DNA from: Emiliania huxleyi CCMP1516
Lineage: Eukaryota
NCBI RefSeq assembly: GCF_000372725.1
Contig: NW_005201318.1
Location: 231,016-295,015, forward strand
Length of the DNA: 64,000 nt
Direction of reading: 5' to 3'
The position numbers and the translations under genes are program-made. A model generated the notes under the pieces. The model saw only the letters and a program-made list of their open reading frames with translations. It was not told the DNA's origin and did no database searches. Shown here piece after piece: positions 1 through 11,666 of the stretch (position 1 is its first letter; the number at the start of each line of letters is the position of its first letter).

Positions 1-2214
1 GACGTTGGCGACGCACGGGCACGAGATCTCCGCGTACGAGATCGGAACAGCCTCGCACCCCGCCTCGCCTTCGGGGAAGAAGTTCAGGGCGGTGCTACGA
101 GTCAAGAGCCACGTCGTGATTCATTCCGTCACGGATCGACCGAGTGCTACGCGCTACCATGTTGACTCAAGTGCTACGAAGGAATGAGTGCTACGGGCTG
201 GGTAGGACCTGTCGAGGCAGCCGTACACGGTGAACGTGCAGCTGCCGTCGTCAACCCCAGCGAGGGAGTCGTAGTTGTCCGCCGCGGGGTTTGTGCAGCC
301 CACCTTGGGCGGCGGCGGGGGCGAGGCCGGCGGCGGCGGCGGCGACGGTAAGACCAGCGGCGGCAGAGGCGGGAAGGGTGGAGGTGGAATGGCCGGCGGC
401 GTCGGCGGAGAGGGGGGCGGTAGCACAGGCGGCGGTGACAAAGGCGGCAGCGGCGGCGACGGCGGCGGCACAGAGGGCGGCGTCGGTGCCTTGCCCGGAG
501 GGTGCGGCGGCGGCGGCATCGGCGCCTTGCCCGGCGGGAAGGGCGGCGGCGTCGGTGCCTTGCCCGGAGGGTGAGGAGGCGGGGCGGGGGCTTCGCCCGG
601 CGGGAAGGGCGGCGGCGTCGGCGCCTTGCCCGGCGGGAAGGGCGGCGGCGTCGGCGCCTTGCCCGGAGGGTGAGGAGGCGGGGCGGGGGCTTCGCCCGGC
701 GGGAAGGGCGGCGGCGTCGGCGCCTTGCCCGGCGGGAAGGGCGGCGGCGTCGGCGCCTTGCCCGGAGGGTGAGGAGGCGGGGCGGGGGCTTCGCCCGGCG
801 GGAAGGGCGGCGGCGTCGGCGCCTTGCCTGGAGGGTACGGCGGCGGCGTCGGCGCCTTGCCCGGCGGGAAGGGCGGCGGCGTCGGTGCCTTGCCCGGAGG
901 GTGAGGAGGCGGGGCGGGGGCTTCGCCCGGCGGGAAGGGCGGCGGCGTCGGCGCCTTGCCTGGAGGGTACGGCGGCGGCGTCGGCGCCTTCTCCGGAGGG
1001 TGAGGAGGCGACGAGGGCGGGGCTGGCGGCGGTGGCGACGAGGGCGAGGCCGACGGTGGCGGCGGCGACGGCGAAGCCGACGGTGGCGGAGAGGGCGAGG
1101 CCGACGGTGGCGGCGGAGAGGGCGAGGGCGACGGCGGCGGCGTCGGTGCCTTGCCCGGAGGGTGCGGCGGCGGCGGCATCGGCGCCTTGCCCGGCGGGAA
1201 GGGCGGCGGCGTCGGTGCCTTGCCCGGAGGGTGAGGAGGCGGGGCGGGGGCTTCGCCCGGCGGGAAGGGCGGCGGCGTCGGTGCCTTGCCCGGCGGGAAG
1301 GGCGGCGGCGTCGGCGCCTTGCCCGGCGGGAAGGGCGGCGGCGTCGGCGCCTTGCCCGGAGGGTGAGGAGGCGGGGCGGGGGCTCCGCCCGGCGGGAAGG
1401 GCGGCGGCGTCGGCGCCTTGCCCGGCGGGAAGGGCGGCGGCGTCGGCGCCTTGCCCGGCGGGAAGGGCGGCGGCGTCGGTGCCTTGCCCGGAGGGTGAGG
1501 AGGCGGGGCGGGGGCTTCGCCCGGCGGGAAGGGCGGCGGCGTCGGCGCCTTGCCCGGCGGGAAGGGCGGCGGCGTCGGCGCCTTGCCCGGAGGGTGAGGA
1601 GGCGGGGCGGGGGCTTCGCCCGGCGGGAAGGGCGGCGGCGTCGGCGCCTTGCCCGGCGGGAAGGGCGGCGGCGTCGGCGCCCTGTCGAGAGGAGAGAATG
1701 GCGGCGGGGTCGGCGGCGGCGGCTTCGACGCCTTGCCCGGCGGGAAGGGCGGCGGCGGAGGGGGCCGCGGCGCCGCGTCCGGCGGGAAGGGCGGCGGGGT
1801 CGGCGAGGGCGGGGCGGAGGGCGGCGGGTTCGGCGGCGGCTGCGGCGCCGAGTCCGGCGGGAAGGGCGGTGGGTCGGGGGGCCCGGGCGGCGGTGGGCAC
1901 GGGTTGACGACGTCTGTGCACGCGACTGGGCATGCGCGCAAGAGGTCGGCTTTCTCGCGTTCGGAGTTCCAGCCGAAGCCGCCGTCCTTACATTCGTAGC
2001 CCCTCCAGTAGTCGCAGCCGCAGCCCTTGTTGCGAGGGTCGTCACAGTTGCAGTCGCTGCTGCAGAGCGCGTAGTCCGGGTCGTCCGAGCATGGGTCGGA
2101 CGGCGGAGCTGGCGGCAGCGCCGGCGGGCTGGGGGGCGGCGCCGGCGACGCGGGCGGGAAGGGCGGCGGCAAAGGCCCCCCCGACGCGAGCAGGGCGAGC
2201 GATGCGGCGAGCAT
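1..2214 (-). CDS. Secreted proline-rich (extensin-like) protein with a Cys-rich N-terminal module and GCxD/N...DDGSC repeats; 3' end runs off the window
   Basis: Signal-like start MLAASLALLA at ATG 2214, a Cys-rich block and many PPPFPPGKAPT repeats. GCTNPAADNYDSLAGVDDGSC follows, and a GT-AG intron (208..95) joins GCLD-S to TALNFFPEG. Confidence 0.8.
470..1860 (-). repeat. Coding tandem repeat with ~33-36 bp units encoding PPPFPPGKAPT / PPPHPPGKAPT / PPGEAPA
   Basis: Recurrent ggcgtcggcgccttgcccggcgggaagggcggc units with higher-order periodicity. Confidence 0.95.
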
Positions 2215-2473
2215 CTGGCCCACCGAATCCTGGTGAACAGCGGGCACGACACGATTTCGGCGTGCGCGTTTTCTTTTGGCTAGTGTGAATACCAAAGGAA
2301 TTTAGCATGGACAACACCAGTTTCTTTTTCTTGGTGTACCAGTTGGTTGACGCCCACCCTGGGGCCCTGCACGCTGCAGCTGTGCGGCGTGGCGCGTGCG
2401 GGAAAGAAAGGCCACGCGGCGGTTCACAGATGTATCTCTTCCCGCTGGTTCTCTGCGCGCGCTCAAAAACGTA

Positions 2474-5400
2474 CTAGTCAAACATGCTCCACGCCGCATG
2501 CTCGCTTTCCAGCACGCCGCACGCGTACCACTCCCTCCACTTGCCGCTGCGGGGCGCCGTCGGCACTGCCGCGGCGGCGGGCGCCTCGCCGCGCAGCTCG
2601 CGCTGCCACTCCACCTCCCACTCCTCGTCGCGCGCGATCGCCTCGTCTCGCCGCCTCTCCGCCTCGCCCACGGCGTCCATCAGCGCCTACGGGGCACGAC
2701 CATCGCCGCACATGTCGCGAATGCGTCGCGGGCGGGCGCCGCGCTTGCGGCGCGTCGGCACCTTTGCGCGCTCGCGGAACTCCCGCTCCGGCAGAAACGC
2801 CGGCACGCCCCGCGGCGGGCGGCCTCCCTCCGCTTCGAACCCTGCCGGGCGGGCGGTGGCAGCCGCTGCCGCCGCGCGCGCCGCCTCTGCCGCGGCGGGC
2901 GGCGGCGGCGGCGAGAGCGGCAACACGTCGAGCGCGTCAAAGTCCGCGTGCTGCGGCGTCGGCCCTGCGCCGTCGCCGGAGGCCGATGGCTGCGGCAGCG
3001 GCGGTGGGAGCGGCGCGTAGCCGGCGAGGCACGAGAACGGGAGCTCGGGGTCGTCCCGCACCTCCTCGTACGCGCGGAAGCCGTGCTTGTACACGCCGAG
3101 CAGCAGCAGCGCGTCGTCGCGCGGGGTCCAGCTGACGGCAGGATGCCTGCCCACACCGCCCGGCGCCGGCGGCGCCTCGAAGGTGTCGAAGGGCGAGGGG
3201 TGTCGCTCGATCGCGTCGGAGAGCCGCTTGAGCGCGAGGAGCCGCTGCAGCAGCGACGCGCCGAGCTTGTGGACCCGCTCAGCGTACTCGGCGCCGCCTG
3301 CGGCAACGTCGTGGACACGTCAGCGGCATGTCACAAGCGGTGGCGAGGAGGAGGAGGAGGAGGAGGAGGAGGAGGAGGAGGAGGAGGAGGGGGAGGGGGA
3401 GGGGGAGGGGGAGGGGGAGGGGGAGGGGGAGGGGGAGGAGGGGGAGGGGCAGGGGCACGGGGAGACGAAGGAGGCGGCGGAGGAGCGCGCTGAGCGGGTG
3501 CAGCGGCGAGGGGCGTCGCAAGGCAGCTCGGGCCGAGGCGAGGGCGGCGGCGGCGTGTGTCGCGATGGAGGGGGAGGGGCGGAAGGAAGTGTATCGGAAG
3601 TGTCCCACACCCGCAGAGACGAGCGGCTCGAGCTCCTCCTCCTGCGCGCGCGTGAGCGAGGGCACCGCCACACCCATCTCGCGCAACACCTCGCGCGCGG
3701 CCGCGATGCCCTCCCGCTCCGCCGCCGACGCCGCCGACGGCCGCTCGTCGGCCTACGGGACATCTCCAGGACATGTCCGACATGTCCTGCACGCGCCAGC
3801 CCATCCTGCCCTACGCCGACGCCGGCTCCAAATCGTCGTCTGCGGCGCCCGACGCACCGTCGTCGACGCCGCTCACGAAGCCGACCGACGCGACGGGCAC
3901 GCCGGTGCAGAGGCAGAGGAACGCGAGCCCGAACTGCGAGATCTCTTCCTCGGAGCGCAGCTTGGTGCCGCCCTGGGCCGCCTCCTTGATCCGCGACCAG
4001 CGGCCTACCCGTTGCGGAAACGAACCAATCAGTCGGAGCCGGGGGGGGGGAGGGGGGGGGGGGGGGCCAAACTAAATCTCGGCTAGATCTCGGCTAGATC
4101 TCGCCAAAGCCGAACGACAGGAGCGCGCGCTCGCAGTTCATCCGCTCCGTCTTCGACCAGACGTGCGCGAGCGCGCGCCGTGCCGCGCGGCGCGCGTCGT
4201 CGTCGTCGCGCCCGCGGCCCGACTTGTAGGCGCGGCCGCCGCGCCGCGAGAGAAAGTCGAGTTCGTCGTCGTCGAGCTCGCCGTCGTCCGCCTGTGAATA
4301 CACGAACATCGGGGCGGGAAGGCGGTGTCGTGCAGCGTCTACTCAGAGCACTTTGTGAGTACGAGGGGTACGAGGGCAGCGAATCCAGCCGAATGCAGCC
4401 GAAGACGGCCGAGTGTAGCGGAATACGAGAAGAGACGATACAGCGACTACGCGACTACGCGTCCCGCTTCTAGGGTCCTCCGCCATGCCAAAGCGCTTGA
4501 CCTGCTTGGTCTGCCGCTTGAGGAAGTACTCGGCGAGCGCGGGGTCCTTCTTCTCGAGCTCGGGCAGGATCTTGGTCCAGAACTCGGGGTCGTCCATGTC
4601 CTGGAAGAGTGGGGCGGGGGGCGGGGGCGAGAGAGAGTTGGGGGTCGCGATAACGAACGCATGCGCCGGCGGCAACTGCCGCCCGAGCTGAAAGCCTGTC
4701 AGGATGTGTCGGCCGGGGAGACTGCGGCGGGCCTCCGGCGGCCGCTGCGCCTTTGCCCTCACACGGCCCTCCCACTCCCCTCCCACTCCTCGCTGTCCGT
4801 ACTCCCCCGCGGCGCCGCTGTCCGAGATGACACACCCGAGATCCGCCGAGATCACACCCGAGGTACGCCGAGAATCGCGCGCCAGCTCATTGTCGTCGGC
4901 GATGAAGGCCGCCTTGGAGAAGACGGAGCCCGAGCCGGAGTCCTCGCCGCCGTACGTCACCTTGGTGGAGGAGGACTCGAGGATCTCGTCGATGTCGGCC
5001 TCGGAGAACTGCTTGAAGCGCGCGTCGCCGTCGCCGCCGTCCTCCATGAAGATGTTGTACGCGCCCCGCTTCAGCATCGCGTCGATCTCCGCGCGGTCCT
5101 GCGTCGGCCCGGCCGGCTTTGCGCCGCCGCGCCCGTCGGGCAAGCCGTCGGCGGCGCGGTCGGCGTTCATGGCGCGCTCGAGGCCGAGCTTGCGGTTGGC
5201 GCGCTCCACCATCTCCGCCTCGTAAGTGTTGCGCGTCACGAGGCGAAAGACCTTGACGCGCTTGGTCTGCCCGATCCGGTGCGAGCGGGCCATCGCCTGC
5301 ACGTCGTTCTGCGGGTTCCAGTCCGAGTCCATCAGGATGCAGGTGTCGGCGGCGGTCAGGTTGATCCCGAGTCCGCCCGCGCGCGTCGAGAGGAGGAAGA

Positions 5401-7730
5401 TAAAGGTGTCCGAGTCGGGGCGGCAGAAGCGGTCGATGGCGGCCTGGCGAAGGTCGCCGCGGATCGTCCCGTCGAGCCGCTCGTGCGAGTAGCGCCGCTC
5501 GAGCAGGTAGTCCGAGAGGATGTCGAGCATGCGCACCTGTGCGTTGGGGGAGGGGGAGGGGGGGGGGGGGGCTCGCGCGGCCTCGGGGGCGTTGATATCT
5601 CCGGGGTGATCTCGCGCGATCTCGGGGTGAGGCAGCCAGAGAGGAGGTGAGCATGCGCACGCCAGCAGGGAGTGTGCAGCCCACAACAATGTTGGGCAAC
5701 GATTCACGGTCGGGTGGCGGCGTGAGCGGAGACAGCATCTCATCTCCCACCATCTGCGAAAAGATCAGCACGCGGTGCCCCTCGCGCCGCAGCTTGGGCA
5801 GAAGCTTGTCGAGGAGCACACACTTGCCCGACGCGGCGAGGAACTCGTTGACCGCCGCTGCGCCGCCGCCGTCCGAGGAGGCCGCCTCCCCCTCCGCCGC
5901 GCGCAACTGGTCCGACGCGTGCGCCTCGACGCCCTTGATCAAGTAGGGGTGGTTGCAGCACTTGCGCAGCTCCATCTGCAAGTTGACCAGCGAGGGTAGC
6001 GCCGCGCCGGTGACGCCGCCGACGAGGAGCTCGCGCTCGCCCTCGAGGATGGCGCGGTAGGTCCGCTTCTGGAAGAGCGTCATCTCGACCCACACGATGG
6101 TCTCCTCGAGCGGCGTGAGCGACTTCTCGACGTCATTCTTCTGCCGGCGCAGCAGGTACGGCCGGATGCGAGTGTTGAGCCGCTCGACCTGCGCCGCGTC
6201 GGTGAGCGTGCCAAACTCCTCCAGAAAGGCGGGCAGCGAGGGGAAGAGGTCGGGGTCGAGGAAGGTGAGCAGCGCCCACAGCTCCGTCGTGTTGTTTTGC
6301 AGCGGCGTGCCGGAGAGCAGGTGCATGTGCTCCACGCGCAGCGCGCGCAGGTCCGTGGCGAGGGCCGAGTCGCGGTTCTTGAGGCGGTGCGCCTCGTCGA
6401 TGACCATGTAGCGCCACGGCACCGCCTTGAGCAAGGAGAGGTCCTGCTTGATCACCTCGTACGACGTGACCAGGGCGTGGAACTTGTACAGCGCGGGCTC
6501 GTGCTCGTCCCTCGAGTCTTTGGAGCCGGCTGCGCCGCCGTCTGCAAAGCGCCACTCGTGCGTCCGGAGCACCTCGCGCGACTCGGCTGTGCCGTGGTAG
6601 ACGACTGCGTTCATCTCGGTCCACTCGTCAAACTCTCGCTTCCAGTGCGCGAGCGTCGAGAGCGGCGCGACGACGAGGAACGGCCCGCGTACGTGCTCGT
6701 GTGTCCACAGGTGGTGCAGCGTGGAGATGGACTGGATGGTCTTGCCCAGCCCCATCTCGTCGGCGAGCATCACAGAGCGGCGCGCGTACCACGAGAAGAG
6801 CAGCCAGTTCAGCCCCTCGAGCTGGTACGGCCGGAGCCGGCGGCCGTCCTTGAAGACCGGCGACTCCGTCAGCTTGACGAAGGCGGAGCGCGGCGGCCGG
6901 GAGCGCGTCGTCGCGACGCGCAGCTCGCGCGGCGGCGGCGGCTGCTCGCGCGCCTGCCACGCGAGGATAGCCCGCTGCTCCTCGAGGAGAGTGCGAGGGC
7001 CCTCCCACGTGCAGCTCGCATAAGGCAGCCCGCGCCACTTGACCAGGAAGCGCGGCGGCGCCTCATCGGCCGCCTCGCTCGCAACGATGCGCTCGACGAG
7101 GTTGAAGTCGGCGTTGTAGCCGAGCTCGTCGTCCTTGGCGCCCGCCGCCGCATCGTCGCCGTCCAGGCCCCACGTGTTTTCCACCGCTTCCCCACTCGAG
7201 TGCGCCCGCACCCACCGCTGCACGCGCTGCTTGTTCGAGTGCTCCGCCTCCAGCGCGGCGCGCGGAACCCACTGGCAGTGCACGTGGGCGAGCCCCTTCC
7301 ACTTGACGAGCAGCTCGTCGTGTCGCGCGGGCGGCGGCTCCGCCGCGTCGGGCGGCACGCCGGCCGCGGGCACCGCGCCGGCAGCCGGCTTGCACTCTCG
7401 CGAGAGGAAGATCTTGTCGATCGGCGGCGCGGGCTCTCCCGGCGTCCACGCACCCGGCGGGTCGGGCGCTGGCTGCGCGGCCGGGCTCCAACCCCACTCG
7501 TCCGAGTCGTCTACCCACGCGCCGTCCGCCTCGTCAAAGCCATCGAAGCAGGCGTACAGCCGGCCGGGCTCTGTCCACGTCACGACGCCGAGGTACGGTA
7601 CCGCGGGGGCGCCCTCATCCTCCTGGTACTTGACGGTGAGGCGCCGGCCGACGAGCGCGCCCGGCTTGCCGCCCTTGAGATCCATGCGAGCGCCCCCCGG
7701 GACGGTAGCGCGCGCCTTGCGCTTTGTCAT
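2474..7730 (-). CDS. Multi-exon CHD-family (CHD6-9/kismet-like) chromodomain SNF2 helicase
   Basis: Two chromodomains (LLVKWKGLAHVHCQW, FLVKWRGLPYASCTWE) and helicase motifs LADEMGLGKT, IDEAHRLKN, LSGTPLQN, FLLSTRAGGLGINL, DSDWNPQND and HRIGQ. A SANT/SLIDE-like WTPRDDALLLLGVYKHG follows. Inferred introns include 5537-5750, 4601-4882, 4292-4483 and 4005-4104. Confidence 0.93.
4293..4474 (-). mobile_element. Introner-like element, copy A, in a CHD intron
   Basis: Flanked by near-identical 10-mers (gtcgtccgcc 4283-4292, gtcctccgcc 4475-4484). Starts CCTAGAAGCGG on the minus strand and is similar to 36061-36230. Confidence 0.75.
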
Positions 7731-8047
7731 CCAACGAAAGCGCGGTGGCGCGGTTCGCAGACAGCGCCAACACAGCTACTTCACGACGCGAGGCCGGAGA
7801 CTCTAACTCTCTCTCTGGCTCCTGCTGCTGGATTCGAGCTGTTTGGGTGGAAGGGCGGTGGTCGTGCGATGCTGCGGCGGCACGGCGCTGAGGAGGAGCC
7901 TGCAGCGCCTCCTCCTGCGGAAGAGGCCGCCGCCTGCAGAAGAAGATTGGCAGAAGGAGGAGTGGAGCTGGAGCGGCTGACGGTGGCGGAAAAGGGATTC
8001 GGGCTGGCGCACCGGAAAAGAAGACGGAACACAGCGCAAAAGGAGGA

Positions 8048-8120
8048 TTTCCCCACAGGGACTCGAACCCTGGTCTTTCGGGTGAGAGCCGAATATCCTA
8101 ACCAACTAGACTATAGGGAA
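8048..8120 (-). tRNA. tRNA-Glu (anticodon CUC)
   Basis: Minus strand reads TTCCCTA TAGTCTAGTTGGTTAGGAT ATTCGG CTCTCAC CCGAA AGAC CAGGG TTCGAGT CCCTG TGGGGAA A. The acceptor, anticodon and T stems pair, and a TTTT terminator lies a few nt downstream. Confidence 0.95.
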
Positions 8121-9096
8121 TGCGTGTCGTGGTAGAGCCCGTCGAGCAGTGGTTCATGTACGTCTGAGGTGAATATTTAAAAGAGATGTAGAGATGAAGA
8201 AAAATGGGGTTAAGTTATAAATTAGGGATAAGTAAGGGTGTTTTAGGGGGTAAATAAATAAATAAATAGAGTAGATATATCTCCAGGATGTTTTAGGGGG
8301 TCATATACGAATGTTAATGGAGAAGTTTCTTCGAAAAATGCTGTGAAACGAGTGTAAAATCAAGAGGACCGAGGGGTGGGAGGAGCCCTGGACACTGGAG
8401 TGGGGGTAGGGAGGCCTCTCGTGGCTCGGGGCGGGGGGTTCTATTTAATATTAGCTCCGAGTAGAGGGGGCGTTCCGCAGCTAGGGGAAAGCCAAAGCGC
8501 AGAGCCAACCCTCGGAGACCGTGTTTACTTTACGGCCCTTTCCCTGCGAACGCGCACCCCCCCAGGGCTAGGGCTCTCTAGCCCGCAACCCGATGCCAAT
8601 CATCCGGCCCGCTGGGTGTGCTTCTAGGGTGCCCACAGGAGTCAGGACCCAAAAAAAGAAAGGAAAAAAGAAATGGGCCACCACCAATCGCAGCACTTCG
8701 TGTTGGAGAGTCGAGATATTGAGAGTGTGACTAGGGAGGGTGGGACGCTGGGGATTCTCAAAGGTATACCCTTGGAATGGCCGGATCCAGCCTTAAACGT
8801 ACGAGATCGCGCGCGCTTCACGCACAGCACCGCCTGTTCTCCGCGGCTGTGTGACGACGCGTGCCGTGTCGTGCCAGCAGAGTTGGGCGCGCGCGGCGCG
8901 ACGGCGCCCGCGAGGGAAGGCGCGGGTGCAGCGGCCGCCGGCGGCCGTACCGCCCGCCAGCCGGCGCAGCAGCGGCCAGCGCAGCGGCCGCCGGCGCAGC
9001 AGCCAGAGCAGCCGGTGCGCGCCTTGCGAGGCGAGTACTGCCGCCCGGCAGCAGGGTCCTTCCTCGACCTTCGAAGGCGCGGTGTGATCGCTTCAG

Positions 9097-11666
9097 ATGA
9101 TCAGCGTCCAGCCCGCCTTGCTGCTCGCCCTGGCCTCCCGCCCCGCCCCCTACTCGCCGGGCAGCCTGGCGGCCCCCTTCAACGCCATCGGGCAGCCGCA
9201 AAACTTTGGAACGGGCGCCAGCCGGTTCGCCGCGGCGCGGCCGCACCCGATGCGCAAGGGCGAAGGCGACGCCGAGACGAGGGCGCGGCGGCGGCTGCAG
9301 GCGGAGTTCCAGAGGCAGGTGCGACAGGACAGGGTCGCCAAGGCAGCTGCGGGCGAGTACGACCGCGCCGGGGCTGCCGAGGACGTGGCGCGGCTTGCGC
9401 GCTCGGCGCAGGTCGTCGTGTTTTCCTGCGAGAGCGGCGAGGAGAGCAGCAAGGCGCGCGCCGCCCGCCTCCCGCCGCACGTGCGCGGTCAAGCGCGGGC
9501 ACCTGCCCTTACCCGCCGACACACATTCCCTGCTCCCCAGCGCTCCTCCCCCTGCTCCCCGCAGGCCGCGCGCCTCCTCCGCCTCGCCGGCGCAGAGCCG
9601 CGCCTCATCGACCTTGACCCAAAGAGCGAGGCGCGGGCCTCGACGCCGCACAGAAGCGCACACCTCGCTCGCACACGGCTTGTGTTGCGTCCCTCACCAC
9701 CGCCCCCCGCCGCCCGCCGCCCGCAGGAGGGTGCCGTGCGCCGTGCCGAGCTGCATCGCCTCACGGGCTGCGCCGCGTTTCCCTCCGTCTGGATCGGGGG
9801 CGAGATCTAGCCGAGATCGGGGAGAGATCGAGATCGGCGAGAGATCGGCGAGGGATGCCTGCGCCGCACGCTGCATCTCCGCCAGCTTCGCGTCGTCAGC
9901 CGGTCGGCGCGTGTTGACACCGGATCTGGGGAGATACGGGGAGATACGGGGAGATATGGGGAGATATGGGGAGAGATGTCTCGCCTCGTTGAAGATCGAG
10001 TCCGAGATATGTAGAGATATGGGGAGATATGGGGAGATATGTGGAGAGATCGCCTCGTTAAAGAGAGGGAGACAGGAGTCGTGAGAGCTCCTCGGGGGCT
10101 GCCTTTCGGGGAGGGGCCTCGGCCTGGCGAGTCCAGCTCAACCTGGCTTCTTCCCCCCCTCCCTCGAGGCAGCGAGTAGGCAGCGAGTAGTGAGGGTGGA
10201 GGGGCCTCGGTTGGAAGGCGCGCATGCAGCCCTACGTCTTCCCCTCCACCCTCGAGAGTACCTATACGCTAGACGAGCGAAGCCAACCGCAGCGGCCGGA
10301 GGGGGAGCAGGGGCGGGGGTGAGCAAGCGACGCGTCCGTGACGCCTTCCCTAGGCGAGTTCGTCGGCGGCTGCCACGAGGGGCCCAAGGCGGAGGCGCCG
10401 GGCATTGTCGACCTGGCCTTCTCAGGCGCGCCTCGCCCCCCCTCGCCCCCCTCGCCGTCGTAGCCCTCGCCGCCGTCGTAGCCCTCGCCGCCGTCGGCGC
10501 CGCGTCCCCTCACCACACGCGCCCTCTCCATCCCCCACCCCCCCCCCTTTCGCTTCCAGCGCCGCTGTGTGGTCGGCCACGCTCCTCCCCCCGCACCGCA
10601 CCCTCGCCCCTACCCTTCCGTGCCAGCCGCCCGCGCCGCGCGCACGCCTCACAGCAAGACTCCCGCGATTCCACGACACCTAGTGGGTCCGCGACACGCC
10701 TCGCCTCGCGCTTCTCCCCGCGCGCCACTCGGCCTGGCACCCCCGCCCCACAGGCTCCCTGCGCGAGAAGCTGGACGCCGCCGCCGCCGCCGCCGCCGAG
10801 GAGAAGGAGAAGGCGGCCGCGGCGTCGCGCGACGAGTCGGCAGCGCTGTGCGCAGCACCTCCCAGACACACCTCCGCTCGTGCCCGCCACGCACCGCCGC
10901 CCAGGCCACTGCCAGCTACGTCGATCCTCCACCGATAACGTCACACTCACGAGCGTCGCCCACGCCCACGGCGCGCCCACGACGTGTCGGTGACGCGACG
11001 TGTCAGTGACCCCCCTCGCCCCCCCGCCACCTCCACCGCCTCCATCGCCGTTCCCCCTCCTACCACCATCATCCTCCCCCCCGCGGCCGTTTCCCCAGTT
11101 TTTTCCCTGGCCGCCCCTTTTGCCGCCGCCCCCTTTTTTGGCCCCCCCCCTTCCCCCCCCCCCCCCCACACGCGCCACGGCCTCCCACCCCACCGCCTCC
11201 TTCTCCACCGCCTCCCCTCCACGCGTCGACTCTCAGGTCCGCCTCGGAGCGGCGCTTCAAGGAGCTGCGCTACAAGTTCTTCTTCAAGGCGGCCGTCGCG
11301 CGTGTGCCGGAGTTTGGCGTCGGCGTCGAGCCCGCCGCCATCGCCGAAGTCGACGCCGCCCCGCCGGCGGCCGCCCAGCCGGCGGCCGCCCCGCCGCCGC
11401 CGCTCCCGTCCGCAACGACCGTTTGCGCCGCGGCCAAGGCCAAAGCCCTGCGGTTAGAAGGCGAGCGGGCGGTGGCGGAGCGCGCGGAGCGGCGGGCAGC
11501 CTACGCCGAGCGCGCCGCGGCGCAGCGGGCGGCGGAAGGGGGCGCGTATGTGGAACGCGTGACGGCGGCGCATCTGCACAAGATCGAGAAGATCAGGGCG
11601 GAGGCGCTGCGCGGCCGCGGCAAGCGCGGGAGGAAGAAGAGGAAGCTTCGGGCGGTGGGTGCATGA
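9097..11666 (+). CDS. Multi-exon glutaredoxin-fold protein with N-terminal targeting sequence and helical C-terminal extension
   Basis: Spliced reading VVVFSCES...AARLLRLAG...RRAELHRLTGCAAFPSVWIGG|EFVGGCHEGP...PGIVDLAFSG|SLREKL. Inferred GC-AG introns include 9800-10353 and 10426-10753, and the last exon is 11237-11666. Confidence 0.72.
9925..10050 (+). repeat. Intronic GGGGAGATAY 10-mer satellite
   Basis: Visible tandem ggggagatac/ggggagatat units. Confidence 0.85.

Noticed and set aside
174..2283. Long Arg/Ala/Gly-rich ORFs in other frames over the Pro-rich gene
   Set aside because: Shadow ORFs caused by GC-rich tandem repeats; the same applies to antisense ORFs over the CHD, ankyrin and 31.5-kb genes.
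8210..8300. Telomere-like TTAGGG motifs
   Set aside because: Isolated occurrences, not a tandem array.
9097..11666. Selenoprotein glutaredoxin
   Set aside because: No in-frame TGA at the active-site position in the inferred exons.
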